Notes: generated by a model from the sequence alone, not told the origin. Shown: positions 28,214-38,762, counted from the first letter of the stretch. The stretch: 64,000 nt of DNA from Parcubacteria group bacterium (GCA_016204045.1 JACQLQ010000001.1:321792-385791), one strand, 5' to 3'. Made by a program: numbers and translations.

Positions 28214-28983
28214 TTACTGTGCCCTACTGCTGGATTGTGCCCTGATGTACTCTTCAAGGGTGACCGGAGTAAATGAGGCAATCAGCCAATAGTTGAGGCC
28301 ATCGTATCCTACCGCGAGTAGTTTTCCATCAGGTCTTAATGTTCCCGCCTGCTTGGGCTCCCAACGCGGCACTTCGGCAATGACGAAGATCTCGGTGAAT
28401 TCGCCGCGGAGTCGAGCAATCTCCTTCTTCACGTCTGGTGGGATGAGCATCGTGAATTGCGTGCGGACCCTCTAGCCGTCTTCTTGGTTTTCTTCGCAAT
28501 TGCAGACAGGTTTTGAAGAACATCCTTGTAGCACTTCAGCACATCTCGTGGGAGTTTCGGGTCAACTTTCTGGCGCCATCTGCGCCGACTGTCCCAATCA
28601 CGACTATCGACAACAGCGAATTCTGAATTTGGTGATTTGAGACTAAACACCGCAAGACGGGGAAACCCTTGCTTATTACGCCAGGTCAGAGGCTCAAGGC
28701 TAAATAGTGCGTACTGGCCCAGCTTGTTCAGCGACTTAAGTTGCTTAGCTTTCTTCTCAGCAGCGCTTTTCCTGGAACGGATTGCTTGAAGTAAACCACG
28801 TTCAATAGGGAGTAGGCCAGACTTAATTCGATCAATTCTGCTTAGCATCCCGGCCGTAATTTCCCGTTCGGCAGGAGAATCGCCAGCCATTTCTTGTGTG
28901 GTCATTTGCCTGGAGAGGCGAATGGCTGCTTCTATTGGATTGCGAATTATCAAACCCTTCGAAACAGATGCTTGAGCTCCCAT
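28214..28983 (-). pseudogene. frameshifted gene of unknown function (two overlapping ORFs, 184 aa and 78 aa) between tRNA genes
   Basis: ORF 28429..28983 ends inside an A-rich stretch (aagaaaaccaagaag). ORF 28214..28450 continues in another frame with no Shine-Dalgarno before its ATG. Consistent with a single disrupted gene. Confidence 0.4.
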
Positions 28984-29064
28984 GCGAGTGCCCCCTTCCC
29001 ATGTCGGGGATCTATTAGATGTTTAGCAAACATAATCGTCCTCTGTCAACGCTTGTTCCTCGTG

Positions 29065-29082
29065 ATGCCGGAGGTGGGACTC
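29065..29082. repeat. 18-nt direct repeat of the 3' end of tRNA-Leu(TAA) (att-like scar)
   Basis: atgccggaggtgggactc is identical to 29207..29224. Flanks diverge immediately. Lies just beyond the tRNA-operon terminator. Confidence 0.5.
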
Positions 29083-29174
29083 AATTTACTTATGGCAAAT
29101 TCCGGGGAAGTCTCCCAGACTTCCCTTCGAGTCCCTCACGCGAGCAAAGCAGTTTGCTCGCTCTCCGTCATTCT

Positions 29175-29202
29175 ATAAAAACCACGCGAGTGCGTGGTTT
29201 TA
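29175..29202 (-). terminator. terminator of the tRNA-Cys/tRNA-Leu transcription unit (bidirectional hairpin)
   Basis: aaaaaccacgc-gagt-gcgtggttttta. Confidence 0.6.
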
Positions 29203-29207
29203 TATAA

Positions 29208-29289
29208 TGCCGGAGGTGGGACTCGAACCCACACGCCTTGCGGCACTCGATCTTAAGTCGAGCGTGTATGCCAATTCCACCACTCCGGC
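29208..29289 (-). tRNA. tRNA-Leu(TAA)
   Basis: Reverse complement GCCGGAGTGGTGGAATTGGCA...CTCGACTTAAGATCGAG...long variable arm...GGTTCGAGTCCCACCTCCGGCA. Confidence 0.9.
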
Positions 29290-29291
29290 AA

Positions 29292-29363
29292 AGGCACGGG
29301 CGGGAATCGAACCCGCGCATCGCGGTTTTGCAGACCGCTGCGTTACCACTTCGCCACCGTGCC
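29292..29363 (-). tRNA. tRNA-Cys(GCA)
   Basis: Reverse complement GGCACGGTGGCGAAGTGGTAACGCAGCGGTCTGCAAAACCGC...GGTTCGATTCCCGCCCGTGCCT. Two nt from tRNA-Leu. Confidence 0.9.
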
Positions 29364-29425
29364 ATTCGACTTCGCTCATGGCGAGCCGTCAAACAAACTA
29401 TACCAGACTTTCTCGTTTCTGGGAA

Positions 29426-29788
29426 TTAATCCTGGCTTAGGAGTTCGTCTATTCTTTGTCGGTTTCGTTCCCCGTGGTCAATTTCAAAGACCACTTTTGG
29501 CATATATTTAAAATCTGCCTGTTTAGCGATAAGTTCGTTTAACTCTCTGTAGTCAGCGTTCAGGAGTTTTGTTATCGATACGTCTCCTACATCAGGGTAC
29601 ACGCTCACAAACGCGACGATGTATCGCAGGTCCTGCGATACAGCAACATCAGTCACGGTAAGAAGCGTGTTTTTTGGCGCTCGCGCCTCGACAAAGTCAG
29701 CCACAATCTTTTGTAGTGCGGAGCTGGCCTTCTCTACCCGCTTTGATGGCCCGACTTTTTTTGTTTTTTCCCTCCTCTTCGGTTTCAT
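29426..29788 (-). CDS. rbfA: ribosome-binding factor A
   Basis: QKIVADFVEARAPKNTLLTVTDVAVSQDLRYIVAFVSV: RbfA KH-like fold signature. Confidence 0.8.
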   Translation of the reverse strand: MKPKRREKTKKVGPSKRVEKASSALQKIVADFVEARAPKNTLLTVTDVAVSQDLRYIVAFVSVYPDVGDVSITKLLNADYRELNELIAKQADFKYMPKVVFEIDHGERNRQRIDELLSQD

Positions 29789-29806
29789 GTTTAATTGCAG
29801 AATCCC

Positions 29807-31339
29807 CTATCGTTCTACTCGTTCGATGGCCTCTATCACATCTCCAGGAGCGATTTCGTGGCGCGATTCAATCATCGCGCCGAATTCAACACCCTCTAAC
29901 ACCTCGTTTGTTTTTTGTTTTTGTTGTTGGAGCTCCAGTATTCTCCCGTGTCCGATTGTATTCTCACGACGGATAACTCGAACTTCTTTGCTTGTCGTTA
30001 GGCGTCCTGTCTTCACGCGGCCACCCACTACTTGCTTGTCTTTTGTCCTACTGAATACTCGGATAATCTTTGCGCTACCGATGACGTCTTCAACCATGAC
30101 TTTGGGCCGGTGTTTGGTAAGCTCTTTCTCGAGCCACTCGATGAGTTCGTAAATGATAGTGAAAGTTCCGATCGAGACCTTTTCACGAGTCGCGAGTTCT
30201 TCTGCGCGTCGCTCAACTTTTGTATTGAAGGCGACTACGATGGCCTTTTCTTTACCAAGTGCTCGCGCCACGTCTGCTTCACCGACAGTGCCGATGCCCT
30301 TACCCAATATATATGGTCGCACACGCTCGGGGGAGAGCAACCCCACTTCCTTCTCAATCGCTTCCAGCGTACCCATTGTGTCCGCCTTGATAATAATGGG
30401 GACAACGGCGACATCCTCCGCCGTCTCTTCCCTCCTTGGCGCAGAGACAGGAGTTTTTGCCACCTCGTCCTTAAGGAGATTTGCCGCGGCAATTGCTTCT
30501 TCTTGAGATTCCGATGCCTTGAATGTTGCGCCAACGCTCGGTAATTCAGCGAAACCGTAGACATGAACCGGGGCAGAGAAGGTTGCTTCGTCCACCGTCT
30601 TGCCCAAAAAGTTCTCGACGCGCCTAGCGGGAGCGACGCTTCCCCCGATAGCAACGTACATACCTTTGCGCAAGATTCCGTTCTTGATGATGAGTGTTGC
30701 CGAGATGCCCACCCGTTCGTCGCGGTGCGCCTCAATGACAATACCTTCGGCGTTCGCCTCTGGGTCCCCCGTAAGCTCGCGCATGTCCGCGACCAAGAGG
30801 ACCATATCAAGAAGTTCGGGGATTCCGTCTCCTCGTTTCGCGGAAATTGGCACTAATGGGACATCCCCACCGTATCCTTCGACAAACACTTCTTTCTCGG
30901 CAAGCTCTTGTTTAACGCGCTCTGAGTTCGCACCTTCTTTGTCAATTTTGTTGAGCGCAACAATGAAGGGGACATTGTTACCGCGTATTGTCTTTAAGGC
31001 CTCAACCGTTTGCGCCTTTACTCCGTCATCTGCAGCGACCACCAAAATCGCTATGTCAGCCACCACGGCTCCTCGTTCGCGCATCAGAGAAAACGCTGCG
31101 TGGCCCGGAGTGTCGATAAACGTGATTTTGCGCTTTCCTCCACCCTCGCCCTGGTGTTCGATTTCGTAGGCGTACATATGTTGGGTGATACCCCCGGCTT
31201 CTCCGGCCGTAACGTTTGTTTTGCGTATGTAGTCGAGCAGAGAAGATTTCCCATGATCAATATGCCCCATAACGACAACGACAGGGGGGCGGGGGACAGA
31301 ACCACTTTGTATATTTGGTTTTTGGGAAGCGGGAGACAT
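29807..31339 (-). CDS. infB: translation initiation factor IF-2 (short form)
   Basis: G-domain VVVVMGHIDHGKSSLLD, DTPGH, NKID. Start set at MSPASQ (31339). The upstream ORF extension runs through AT-rich repeats and is unlikely to be coding. Confidence 0.9.
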   Translation of the reverse strand: MSPASQKPNIQSGSVPRPPVVVVMGHIDHGKSSLLDYIRKTNVTAGEAGGITQHMYAYEIEHQGEGGGKRKITFIDTPGHAAFSLMRERGAVVADIAILVVAADDGVKAQTVEALKTIRGNNVPFIVALNKIDKEGANSERVKQELAEKEVFVEGYGGDVPLVPISAKRGDGIPELLDMVLLVADMRELTGDPEANAEGIVIEAHRDERVGISATLIIKNGILRKGMYVAIGGSVAPARRVENFLGKTVDEATFSAPVHVYGFAELPSVGATFKASESQEEAIAAANLLKDEVAKTPVSAPRREETAEDVAVVPIIIKADTMGTLEAIEKEVGLLSPERVRPYILGKGIGTVGEADVARALGKEKAIVVAFNTKVERRAEELATREKVSIGTFTIIYELIEWLEKELTKHRPKVMVEDVIGSAKIIRVFSRTKDKQVVGGRVKTGRLTTSKEVRVIRRENTIGHGRILELQQQKQKTNEVLEGVEFGAMIESRHEIAPGDVIEAIERVER

Positions 31340-31364
31340 AGTAGTACTACAAATTTCTGACTCT

Positions 31365-31422
31365 AAATTTCTAATTTCTAATGAAATCCAAATACCAGTT
31401 ACCAATCGGCTTTAGAAATTAG
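31365..31422. promoter_or_regulatory. AT-rich direct and inverted repeats (aaatttcta x2 ... tagaaatta) upstream of infB
   Basis: taatttcta at 31372-31380 is inverted to tagaaatta at 31413-31421. aaatttct is repeated at 31351 and 31365. infB has no Shine-Dalgarno. Confidence 0.3.
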
Positions 31423-31432
31423 ATAGTAGGAA

Positions 31433-31906
31433 TTAGGGATTCCCGTGCGAGGCACGGGCGATAGCCTCTTTCTCCTCTTTAGACAGCTCGTACTCAGACT
31501 GCCCGTTTTTGAGGGGTTTTGCAAATACTGATACTTGCTCGCGGGAGTAGAGGGAGGAAATGATGGTGCCGTTGCCCTCCTCATTTATGAAGGCCGCGGC
31601 AAAGCTTTGGTTGCTACCCGATGTTCCCTTGAACGGGTTGAAGCGCACGACGCCAACTTCTCTAACACTTTTGCGCAGTCGTTCATCTAGGTTTTTGAGT
31701 TGGGCCTGTTGTTGCCTCTTGTTTTCATTGAGAAGGTCGAGCTCGTGTCCCACCTCCTTAAGTGTTTCCTCCAAATCTTTAGCATGTTTGCCTCGGAGAA
31801 GCCGCTTGAGTCGTAGTTCTGTGGCGATAAGGAGTCCAAACACGACAGCAAAGAGGAAGGCCACAGCGCCAAAGGCAAGAAGAACGGGGGTTTCGAGCGG
31901 AATCAT
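31433..31906 (-). CDS. hypothetical membrane-anchored protein (DUF4446-like)
   Basis: N-terminal TM, coiled segment, then VRFNPFKGTSGSNQSFAAAFINEEGNG block. Confidence 0.5.
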   Translation of the reverse strand: MIPLETPVLLAFGAVAFLFAVVFGLLIATELRLKRLLRGKHAKDLEETLKEVGHELDLLNENKRQQQAQLKNLDERLRKSVREVGVVRFNPFKGTSGSNQSFAAAFINEEGNGTIISSLYSREQVSVFAKPLKNGQSEYELSKEEKEAIARASHGNP

Positions 31907-32013
31907 ATGTTAAGAGTATAACAGTATAAGCACTTTTGTGCACAGTTCACTTGGATACGTTAACTTTTTATTGTATGATGCAGTTAAAGGAAGTAAGTAG
32001 AAGTAAGCGGCGT

Positions 32014-32937
32014 ATGGATCTAGAAAATCTCAATAAAAATCAACTCATACTACTCGCGCTCCTGGTCTCATTCGTGACGTCTATTGCGACTGGCATTGTG
32101 ACGGTCACGCTCATGGACCAAGCTCCTCCAGGTGTTACACAAACTATTAACAGAGTCGTCGAAAGGACAGAGCGGATCATTGTGCCGCAGAAATCAGAAC
32201 AGCCAGCACAAGTAAACAATATCGTCATCAAGGAAGAGGACTTCATCGTCAAGGCGGCAGAGAAGAATTCGGCCAACCTCGTCATTATTGGGTATCCGAA
32301 GAAAAAGTCGTCGCTACTGCAGGGTCTCGCTGGTGATGCTCAAAAAATCGAAATCGAAAATGTTGGAACCGGCTTCGTGATACAAGAAAGTCGCGTCGTG
32401 CTCGGTGATAAGTCGCAACTCCCAGAAGATCAGAACGAGTTCATCGTTACAACCCTAGGCGGGGTTGAGTTTACCGCTCGTCGGGCGACAACAACAGATG
32501 AGTCTTCGCCAATCACAGTTTTGGAAATTACCTCATCTACTCTCACCGAAGGTGCGACAGAGCCTTTCAGCTCGGTTTCGTTTGCAGATACTGCGGAAAC
32601 ACGCATTGGGCAAACAGCGATCGCGCTAGGTGCCGATGATGACCTCCAGCTTCTTTTGGGTGTTGTCTCTCGCCTTGAACGAGCCGCGGCGGGAGAGGGG
32701 GAAAACGGAAGTCGTATTGTTAAGATTCATACAACCATGGATGTAGACAGGCGGTATTCTGGTGGACCGCTCTTGAACACTGACGGCGCAGTTCTCGGCA
32801 TTACCATCGCGGCTGACGGGGCCCACTACGTGGTCCCGGCGCGCTACATTGAAGAACTTCTTAAGGGAAAGCAAAGTACGCACAAAGAAGGGGAGCCGCT
32901 TGTAAATAAAGGAGGAAAAGACCTTGACATTCAGTAA
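32014..32937 (+). CDS. trypsin-like serine protease (S1C/HtrA family, no PDZ domain)
   Basis: GTGFVI (His region) and YSGGPLLNTDGAVLGITIA (GDSGGP-like catalytic Ser motif). N-terminal TM anchor. Start approximate. Confidence 0.75.
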   Translation: MDLENLNKNQLILLALLVSFVTSIATGIVTVTLMDQAPPGVTQTINRVVERTERIIVPQKSEQPAQVNNIVIKEEDFIVKAAEKNSANLVIIGYPKKKSSLLQGLAGDAQKIEIENVGTGFVIQESRVVLGDKSQLPEDQNEFIVTTLGGVEFTARRATTTDESSPITVLEITSSTLTEGATEPFSSVSFADTAETRIGQTAIALGADDDLQLLLGVVSRLERAAAGEGENGSRIVKIHTTMDVDRRYSGGPLLNTDGAVLGITIAADGAHYVVPARYIEELLKGKQSTHKEGEPLVNKGGKDLDIQ

Positions 32938-33001
32938 ACTAGCATGTAAAATAGTGGCATCTACTTTATACCTAATACCTAATTCTTGATACTATTAACG
33001 T

Positions 33002-35707
33002 ATGCCACCTTCTTTCGGGAATTTCACAACGAAAGCGCAAGAAGCGATTCGTCGTGCGCATGAACTTGCCATTGAGCGGGGTCAACAGCATGTTACCCCT
33101 GTGCATCTTTTGACTGCACTCGTCCTCCAAGAAGAGTCCATGGTGCTCTCTGTGCTGGATCGACTCGAGGTGGACACTATTCTTCTCGCCGACTCTCTCC
33201 TCGAAGCGATCGAGGCACCAGAAGGGTCAAACGTCCTTGCGCCGTCATACCAGATTTACCTCACTCCGGAGCTTGCCCAGATTTTGGAAAAAAGCGTTCG
33301 TGTTGCACAAGGCCTTGGAGACGAGTTTGTATCGACCGAACATTTGTTCTTGGCGACTTTTGATGTGCCTGGTCAGTCACGCGAGATCCTCGCGCGGTTT
33401 CGCATTACACGAGAGCGAGTACTCGAAGTCATTGAGGACTTGCGCTCTCACTCGGTTACAGATGCGACGCCCCAGAAGAAGTTTCGTTCGCTCGAAAAGT
33501 ATACGCGCAATCTGACCAAACTCGCAGCTGAAGACAAGATCGACCCAGTCATCGGTCGTGACAGCGAAATCAATCGCATGATCCAGATCCTCTCGCGCCG
33601 GACCAAAAACAATCCGATTTTGATCGGTGACCCGGGAGTGGGGAAGACAGCGATTGCCGAGGGGCTCGCGGTTCGTATGGCAAAAGGGGAAGTGCCGGAA
33701 TCTTTGAAGAACAAAGAACTTGTTTCCTTGGACCTCGGCTTACTCATTGCAGGCACAAAATACCGCGGCGAATTTGAAGAACGTTTGAAGGCAATCATGA
33801 AGGAGATTGAGCGAGCCGAAGGAAAGGTTGTTCTCTTTATTGACGAGATTCACACCATTGTAGGTGCCGGAGCGGCCGAAGGTTCAGTTGATGCCTCAAA
33901 CATGTTGAAGCCCGCACTTGCACGCGGAGAGTTACGCGCAATCGGTGCGACGACTCTCAAGGAATATCAAAAATATATCGAAAAAGATCCGGCGCTGACA
34001 CGTCGTTTTCAACCTATCTATATCAATGAACCCTCTCCCGAAGATGCAATCGCCATTCTTCGTGGCATTAAAGACAAATACGAGCTTTTCCACGGCGTCA
34101 GGATTACCGACAACGCTATTGTGGCCGCGGTAACACTCGGCAGTCGCTATATTAGTGATCGCTTTCTCCCAGACAAGGCGGTAGACCTTATCGACGAAGC
34201 GGCTTCAACTCTCCGCATGTCGCTTGAGAACAAGCCACAAGCTCTTGAAGAAACGCATCGAGCCATCATGCGTCTTCAGATTGAGAAAGAGGCGCTCAAG
34301 AACGAAGTGGACACATCAGTCGCGACCAGCGCCTCTGGTAAGCGCAAGGCCAAGTCGCGCATGAAGCAAATCGACAAAGAAATCGCTGACCTCAAAGAGA
34401 AGACACACGAACTCGAGCTTAAATGGCAAAACGAGAAGGGTCTTTTGGATGACATCAGTAAACTGAAGAAAGAATACGAGGCGCTCCGACTTGAAGGAGA
34501 GGCCGCCGAAATCAAAGCATCACTTACCCGTGCTGCAGAAATTCGTTATGGCAGAATGCCGGCAATTGAGCGCGATCTCAAGGAAAAGATGAAGCGTTTG
34601 AAGAAGCTTCAGAAGTCACGTCGAATTCTCAACGAAGAAGTGACCGAAGTCGAAATCGCAGACGTTGTCGCTCGTTGGACGGGTGTGCCCGTCATGCGCA
34701 TGCTCGAAGAAGAGGTTAGGAAGCTTGAGCGCATGGACGAAGTTTTGAAAAAGCGGATTGTCGGACAAGACGAGGCGGTTCGCATCGTTGCTGACGCCGT
34801 GAAGCGCTCGCGCGCGGGAATCGGAGACCCGAATCGTCCGATTGCCTCCTTTATGTTCTTGGGGCCCACAGGGGTTGGTAAGACCGAGCTCACCAAAGCG
34901 CTCGCCGAGTTCATGTTTGATGACGAGAAGGCGATGATTCGCGTTGACATGTCGGAGTTCATGGAAAAGCACTCTGTTTCGAAGATGATCGGTTCGCCGC
35001 CTGGCTATGTTGGCCACGAAGAAGGAGGTGTCTTTACCGAGCAGATACGTCACCGTCCGTATTCGGTTATCCTCTTTGACGAGATCGAGAAGGCCCACCC
35101 CGAGGTCTTCAACATCCTCCTTCAGGTGCTTGATGACGGTCGCTTGACCGACGCCAAGGGTCGGGTAGTTAACTTCAAAAACTCCATTATCATTCTGACA
35201 TCAAACGTGGGCTCCGAGCATATCAACCGTATGGAGAAAATCGGCTTTGGCGGCGGAGACGAGAAGAGTACCTTCGAGACACTTCGAGGAAACGTGCTTG
35301 AAAGTTTACGTTCGCACTTCCGCCCGGAATTCCTGAACCGCCTCGATGAGATCGTGGTCTTTAACTTGCTCTCACCAGACGCAATCAAGGAGATTGTAAA
35401 GATTCAAGTAGAGAATGTTCGCGCGCGGCTTCTTGAGAAAGAGATTAAGCTTGCGCTCGAGCCGGACGTGTTCGACTATCTTGCGAGGGTTGGGTATGAC
35501 ACCCAATATGGTGCTCGACCGCTCAAGAGGTTGATTCAAAACAAGATTTTGACCCCCGTCGCGACCTTTATGATCTCTCAAGGTGTGCGTGAAGGGGGGA
35601 CCGTCTTGGTCTCCATGAAGAAGGGTGAGATTGCGATTGATGTTGAGAAGAAGTCTCAACGCGTGCGAAAGCGAGCAACTCCTCCTAAAGAAAAAGCTAT
35701 GGCGTAA
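33002..35707 (+). CDS. clpB: chaperone ClpB (AAA+ disaggregase)
   Basis: Two AAA+ modules ([18 protein letters not shown]). Long coiled-coil M-domain. Clp N-domain. Confidence 0.95.
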   Translation: MPPSFGNFTTKAQEAIRRAHELAIERGQQHVTPVHLLTALVLQEESMVLSVLDRLEVDTILLADSLLEAIEAPEGSNVLAPSYQIYLTPELAQILEKSVRVAQGLGDEFVSTEHLFLATFDVPGQSREILARFRITRERVLEVIEDLRSHSVTDATPQKKFRSLEKYTRNLTKLAAEDKIDPVIGRDSEINRMIQILSRRTKNNPILIGDPGVGKTAIAEGLAVRMAKGEVPESLKNKELVSLDLGLLIAGTKYRGEFEERLKAIMKEIERAEGKVVLFIDEIHTIVGAGAAEGSVDASNMLKPALARGELRAIGATTLKEYQKYIEKDPALTRRFQPIYINEPSPEDAIAILRGIKDKYELFHGVRITDNAIVAAVTLGSRYISDRFLPDKAVDLIDEAASTLRMSLENKPQALEETHRAIMRLQIEKEALKNEVDTSVATSASGKRKAKSRMKQIDKEIADLKEKTHELELKWQNEKGLLDDISKLKKEYEALRLEGEAAEIKASLTRAAEIRYGRMPAIERDLKEKMKRLKKLQKSRRILNEEVTEVEIADVVARWTGVPVMRMLEEEVRKLERMDEVLKKRIVGQDEAVRIVADAVKRSRAGIGDPNRPIASFMFLGPTGVGKTELTKALAEFMFDDEKAMIRVDMSEFMEKHSVSKMIGSPPGYVGHEEGGVFTEQIRHRPYSVILFDEIEKAHPEVFNILLQVLDDGRLTDAKGRVVNFKNSIIILTSNVGSEHINRMEKIGFGGGDEKSTFETLRGNVLESLRSHFRPEFLNRLDEIVVFNLLSPDAIKEIVKIQVENVRARLLEKEIKLALEPDVFDYLARVGYDTQYGARPLKRLIQNKILTPVATFMISQGVREGGTVLVSMKKGEIAIDVEKKSQRVRKRATPPKEKAMA

Positions 35708-35712
35708 GCCAC

Positions 35713-35753
35713 AAAAAAGACCGGCCCAATTACTATCGGGCCGGTCTTTTTTG
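35713..35753. terminator. bidirectional terminator after clpB
   Basis: aaaaaagaccggccc-aattactat-cgggccggtcttttttg. Confidence 0.7.
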
Positions 35754-35799
35754 TGCAACTAAAAACCCAGAGACGAATGTCTCTGGGTGCCCTCATGAA

Positions 35800-36066
35800 C
35801 TATACGTTAATGGGGAGTGTAATATCCTGTTGAACCGGTGGTTCTGGAGGTTTCTTGCTTCTTAGGCGCTTATCGCGTTCCGCGACGGTTGCCACCCAAG
35901 CTCCGGCAAGTGCTCCCAGAAATGAAGAACCTATCATTGCCGCAAGGAGGCGGAGGATGTGGTTCCAGTCGAGTTCATTGGAAATTGCCAAAATATTACC
36001 TCCGATACCGAAGACGAGAAAGGCGGCAAAGAGCCCACCGACGAGCATGTATCGTCCTATGGTCAC
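35800..36066 (-). CDS. hypothetical small two-TM membrane protein
   Basis: Last gene of the minus-strand export operon. LVGGLFAAFLVFGIGG and MIGSSFLGALAGAWVA helices. Confidence 0.4.
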   Translation of the reverse strand: MTIGRYMLVGGLFAAFLVFGIGGNILAISNELDWNHILRLLAAMIGSSFLGALAGAWVATVAERDKRLRSKKPPEPPVQQDITLPINV

Positions 36067-36296
36067 GCCCCCCTCCGTCTGCCAGGTAGGCTTGAGGCGG
36101 GAATGGATTCCGCTCCAATCCTGAGCGGCTCTGGCGAGTCATTCAAGAAATGTCGGCGAACTTCTGCACCAGTTACGGGGCCCGTGACGCCGGCTTGATT
36201 GAAAAGTGCTTTTGCTCCAGCAGGGCAGTCACACGGAAGGTCGTTATTCCCGGTGTCAATTGATCCGGTATCATTGCACGCTTTGCACTTCGGCAT
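36063..36296 (-). CDS. hypothetical small Cys-containing protein (candidate secreted or precursor peptide)
   Basis: MPKCKACNDTGSIDTGNNDLPCDCPAGAKALF.... AGGAGA Shine-Dalgarno 9 nt upstream of ATG at 36296. Overlaps neighbours by 4 nt. Confidence 0.45.
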   Translation of the reverse strand: MPKCKACNDTGSIDTGNNDLPCDCPAGAKALFNQAGVTGPVTGAEVRRHFLNDSPEPLRIGAESIPASSLPGRRRGA

Positions 36297-36309
36297 TGAG
36301 TGCTGTCTC

Positions 36310-36771
36310 CTAGCCGAGTCCCAAGTGCTGGGTTCGATAGGGCTCAAGTGCTTCATCGGTCATGTCAGGGTTCCACGCCTCGGCGGGAACACTGAAGGTC
36401 CCGTCCTTCCGCGCGATTGAGACGTTCCCAACAGGTTTCGCTTTGTGAAATGCGGCAAACTCTGCGCATATCGTCGAAAGACGCTTTCTTCCAAGCGGAG
36501 GCGCGTCTCTATAGACGTCCTTTAGCATAGCAATCCACTGCAAAGGGGTAACAGAACCGTCGAGGCTCCCGATATAGACACTCCGGAAACCCGGATCATC
36601 AGGGAAGACAATTGAGCTTGAACCCAAGGAGGGGATACGTCTTCCCTCGGGAGTGTCGAGCACATCGATGAGTGCCACGATTCCATCTCCCTCCTCAGGT
36701 CCAAATTCCTTGAAAAAAGCACGAAGTTCTGCCACATTTGGCGCTGCATTCGGCTGTGCCGACGTGTTCAT
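36310..36771 (-). CDS. hypothetical soluble protein (153 aa)
   Basis: GAGGTG Shine-Dalgarno before ATG 36771. No recognisable family. Confidence 0.5.
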   Translation of the reverse strand: MNTSAQPNAAPNVAELRAFFKEFGPEEGDGIVALIDVLDTPEGRRIPSLGSSSIVFPDDPGFRSVYIGSLDGSVTPLQWIAMLKDVYRDAPPLGRKRLSTICAEFAAFHKAKPVGNVSIARKDGTFSVPAEAWNPDMTDEALEPYRTQHLGLG

Positions 36772-36833
36772 GTGCCACCTCACTACGAGCAATCTGTTTT
36801 CTCAATACCACGAAATAGCACACATTGCAAGCC

Positions 36834-37499
36834 CTATTCTGAAATACGCCCGTTGTCGATACGGATGATACGCTCCGCCTCTTTCGCAAACTCTTCTTCG
36901 TGGGTGACCATGATGATTGTCTGTCCCTCGTTTTTGTGCAGGTCCTTAAATGCCTTCATCACGACCCTGGACGATTCGTTGTCGAGGTTTGCCGTCGGTT
37001 CATCGACAAAGAGAATCTTGGGTCTATGCGCCACCGCACGAGCAATAGAGACGCGTTGCTGTTCCCCGCCAGAAAGTTGACTCGGCAAATTTCGAAGTCG
37101 GTGGCCAAGACCGAGGCGCTCCAGGCTTTCTTTAGATTTTTCATATGCTTCTCCTGTGGTGTGTCCTTGCATAAGGAGGGGGAGTGCTACATTTTCAAGA
37201 GCAGAGAGTTCAGGAAGAAGCGCATAGTCTTGGAATACATACCCAAACTTGTGGAGCCGTATGCGTGACTTCTCTTTGGGAGTCATCGTATGCGCTTTCT
37301 CTCCCTCAATTAAGATTTCCCCGTCTGTGGGGTCGTCGAGCAAGCTCAATTGGTAGAGGAACGTGCTTTTGCCCGCCCCTGACCGACCCATGATTGCGAG
37401 GAATTCTCCTTGCTTCACTTCGAAATCGATCCCCTTGAGCACGTGGGTTTCGATGTCTCCGTTTTTAAACGACTTCGTGAGCTTTGTTGTTTTGATCAT
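36834..37499 (-). CDS. ABC transporter ATP-binding protein (MacB/LolD/FtsE type)
   Basis: Walker A GRSGAGKST. Signature LSGGEQQRVSIARA. Walker B ILFVDEPT. Confidence 0.9.
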   Translation of the reverse strand: MIKTTKLTKSFKNGDIETHVLKGIDFEVKQGEFLAIMGRSGAGKSTFLYQLSLLDDPTDGEILIEGEKAHTMTPKEKSRIRLHKFGYVFQDYALLPELSALENVALPLLMQGHTTGEAYEKSKESLERLGLGHRLRNLPSQLSGGEQQRVSIARAVAHRPKILFVDEPTANLDNESSRVVMKAFKDLHKNEGQTIIMVTHEEEFAKEAERIIRIDNGRISE

Positions 37500-37503
37500 G
37501 GTT

Positions 37504-38757
37504 TTAGTTGCGGCCTAGGATTGAGTCGAGTGTGTTTTTGCGGATAATCATCCACGCGGGGATATAACCGGCGACGATAGTGGCAAACACAAGGAGTCCC
37601 ACACGAAAAAGAGTCTCTCCAAGCGGGGCGACCAAGATTCCGTCACTAAAGGGGAAGTTAATGGGGTGGGCATCAATTGCCGGGACGAGAAGTGAATAGA
37701 CCAGTATTAGTCCGATCGCCGAGCCGACGACCGCGTAGAACATAGACTGGAAGATATACGAAATCATAACCGCCGAACCGTTCACGCCGATTCCTTTCAA
37801 GATGCCGATATACTTACGGCGTGTAATAGCATTGATAAAGACGACGATGAAAACAGTTATGGAGGCGACAATGAGACCAAGCGAGCTAAAGGCATTTCCC
37901 AGCATGTTGAAGGTAGCAATAATATCCTTCAAAAACTTGGGTTGCGCGTCAGCATATGTTTGCACTTTCGCGTATTGGTCGACCCCGCTTCTTTTAAGTG
38001 CTTCGCGGACACTCGTGGGGTCGACGCCTTCTTTAAGTTTTACAGCGAATTGATCGACGTTCCCGTCCGTTCGTCCAATCATGCTCCTATATTGCGAATC
38101 AACCATAAAGGCGTTCCTGTTTACGGCGTCTACCTTGCTTTTCAGAAGCCCCTTCACGACCACTTCGCGGGTCACTCCGGCGACGGTAATGCGAATTTTT
38201 GTTCCCACACCAACATCGTTTAATGCTGGGAAGTTAGGATCTTCAATCGGCACGTACTGTTTAAGGAGATAGGTGCCCAAAAGAATCTGGTCGTAATCAT
38301 TCGGAGAAAGATACGCCCCTTCTGAAATGGAACTTGCGAGATCTGTTACCGCATCCTCATCTGCTGGGCTGATTCCCATAATCTGCGTGCCGACGGTGTT
38401 GGGCTTGTCCGTATCCTTCCGTGTTTTGTAGTTTGCCTCTAGAGTCCCCCCTTCACTAAAACGCGGGGACACAGCCGAGACCTCCGGCATTGTCCTTATG
38501 AGCGCGAGAAGGTTAGGGCTGTTCTCGATATATTTCTTGTCATCGAGCGTTGTAATAAAAACATCACTTGTAAATTCAACTCTCCACGCGTTAATAGAGC
38601 CCTGGATCAAGCCAACCAAAATCCCTGAGACGACGACAAGATTCAAGAAGGTGAGCACCATAATGAATATGGTGAGCCCTGTCGTCCATGGAGAAGCGCG
38701 TCGCAATTGGCGCAATGCCAAAAAGAATCCTATGCGGATATTAAGTGGAGAAAACAT
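37504..38757 (-). CDS. ABC transporter permease, FtsX/MacB-like
   Basis: 417 aa. N-terminal TM, large extracytoplasmic domain, C-terminal three-helix FtsX module. Confidence 0.85.
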   Translation of the reverse strand: MFSPLNIRIGFFLALRQLRRASPWTTGLTIFIMVLTFLNLVVVSGILVGLIQGSINAWRVEFTSDVFITTLDDKKYIENSPNLLALIRTMPEVSAVSPRFSEGGTLEANYKTRKDTDKPNTVGTQIMGISPADEDAVTDLASSISEGAYLSPNDYDQILLGTYLLKQYVPIEDPNFPALNDVGVGTKIRITVAGVTREVVVKGLLKSKVDAVNRNAFMVDSQYRSMIGRTDGNVDQFAVKLKEGVDPTSVREALKRSGVDQYAKVQTYADAQPKFLKDIIATFNMLGNAFSSLGLIVASITVFIVVFINAITRRKYIGILKGIGVNGSAVMISYIFQSMFYAVVGSAIGLILVYSLLVPAIDAHPINFPFSDGILVAPLGETLFRVGLLVFATIVAGYIPAWMIIRKNTLDSILGRN

Positions 38758-38762
38758 GGTTT

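Noticed and set aside
29041-29160. Possible degenerate or pseudo tRNA containing the duplicated tRNA-Leu 3' end
   Set aside because: No D-arm, anticodon arm or T-loop could be folded. Only the 18-nt identity exists, so it is treated as an att-like repeat instead.
33448-35388. Several 80-160-aa minus-strand ORFs inside clpB
   Set aside because: Antisense shadow ORFs within a well-supported 901-aa ClpB frame.
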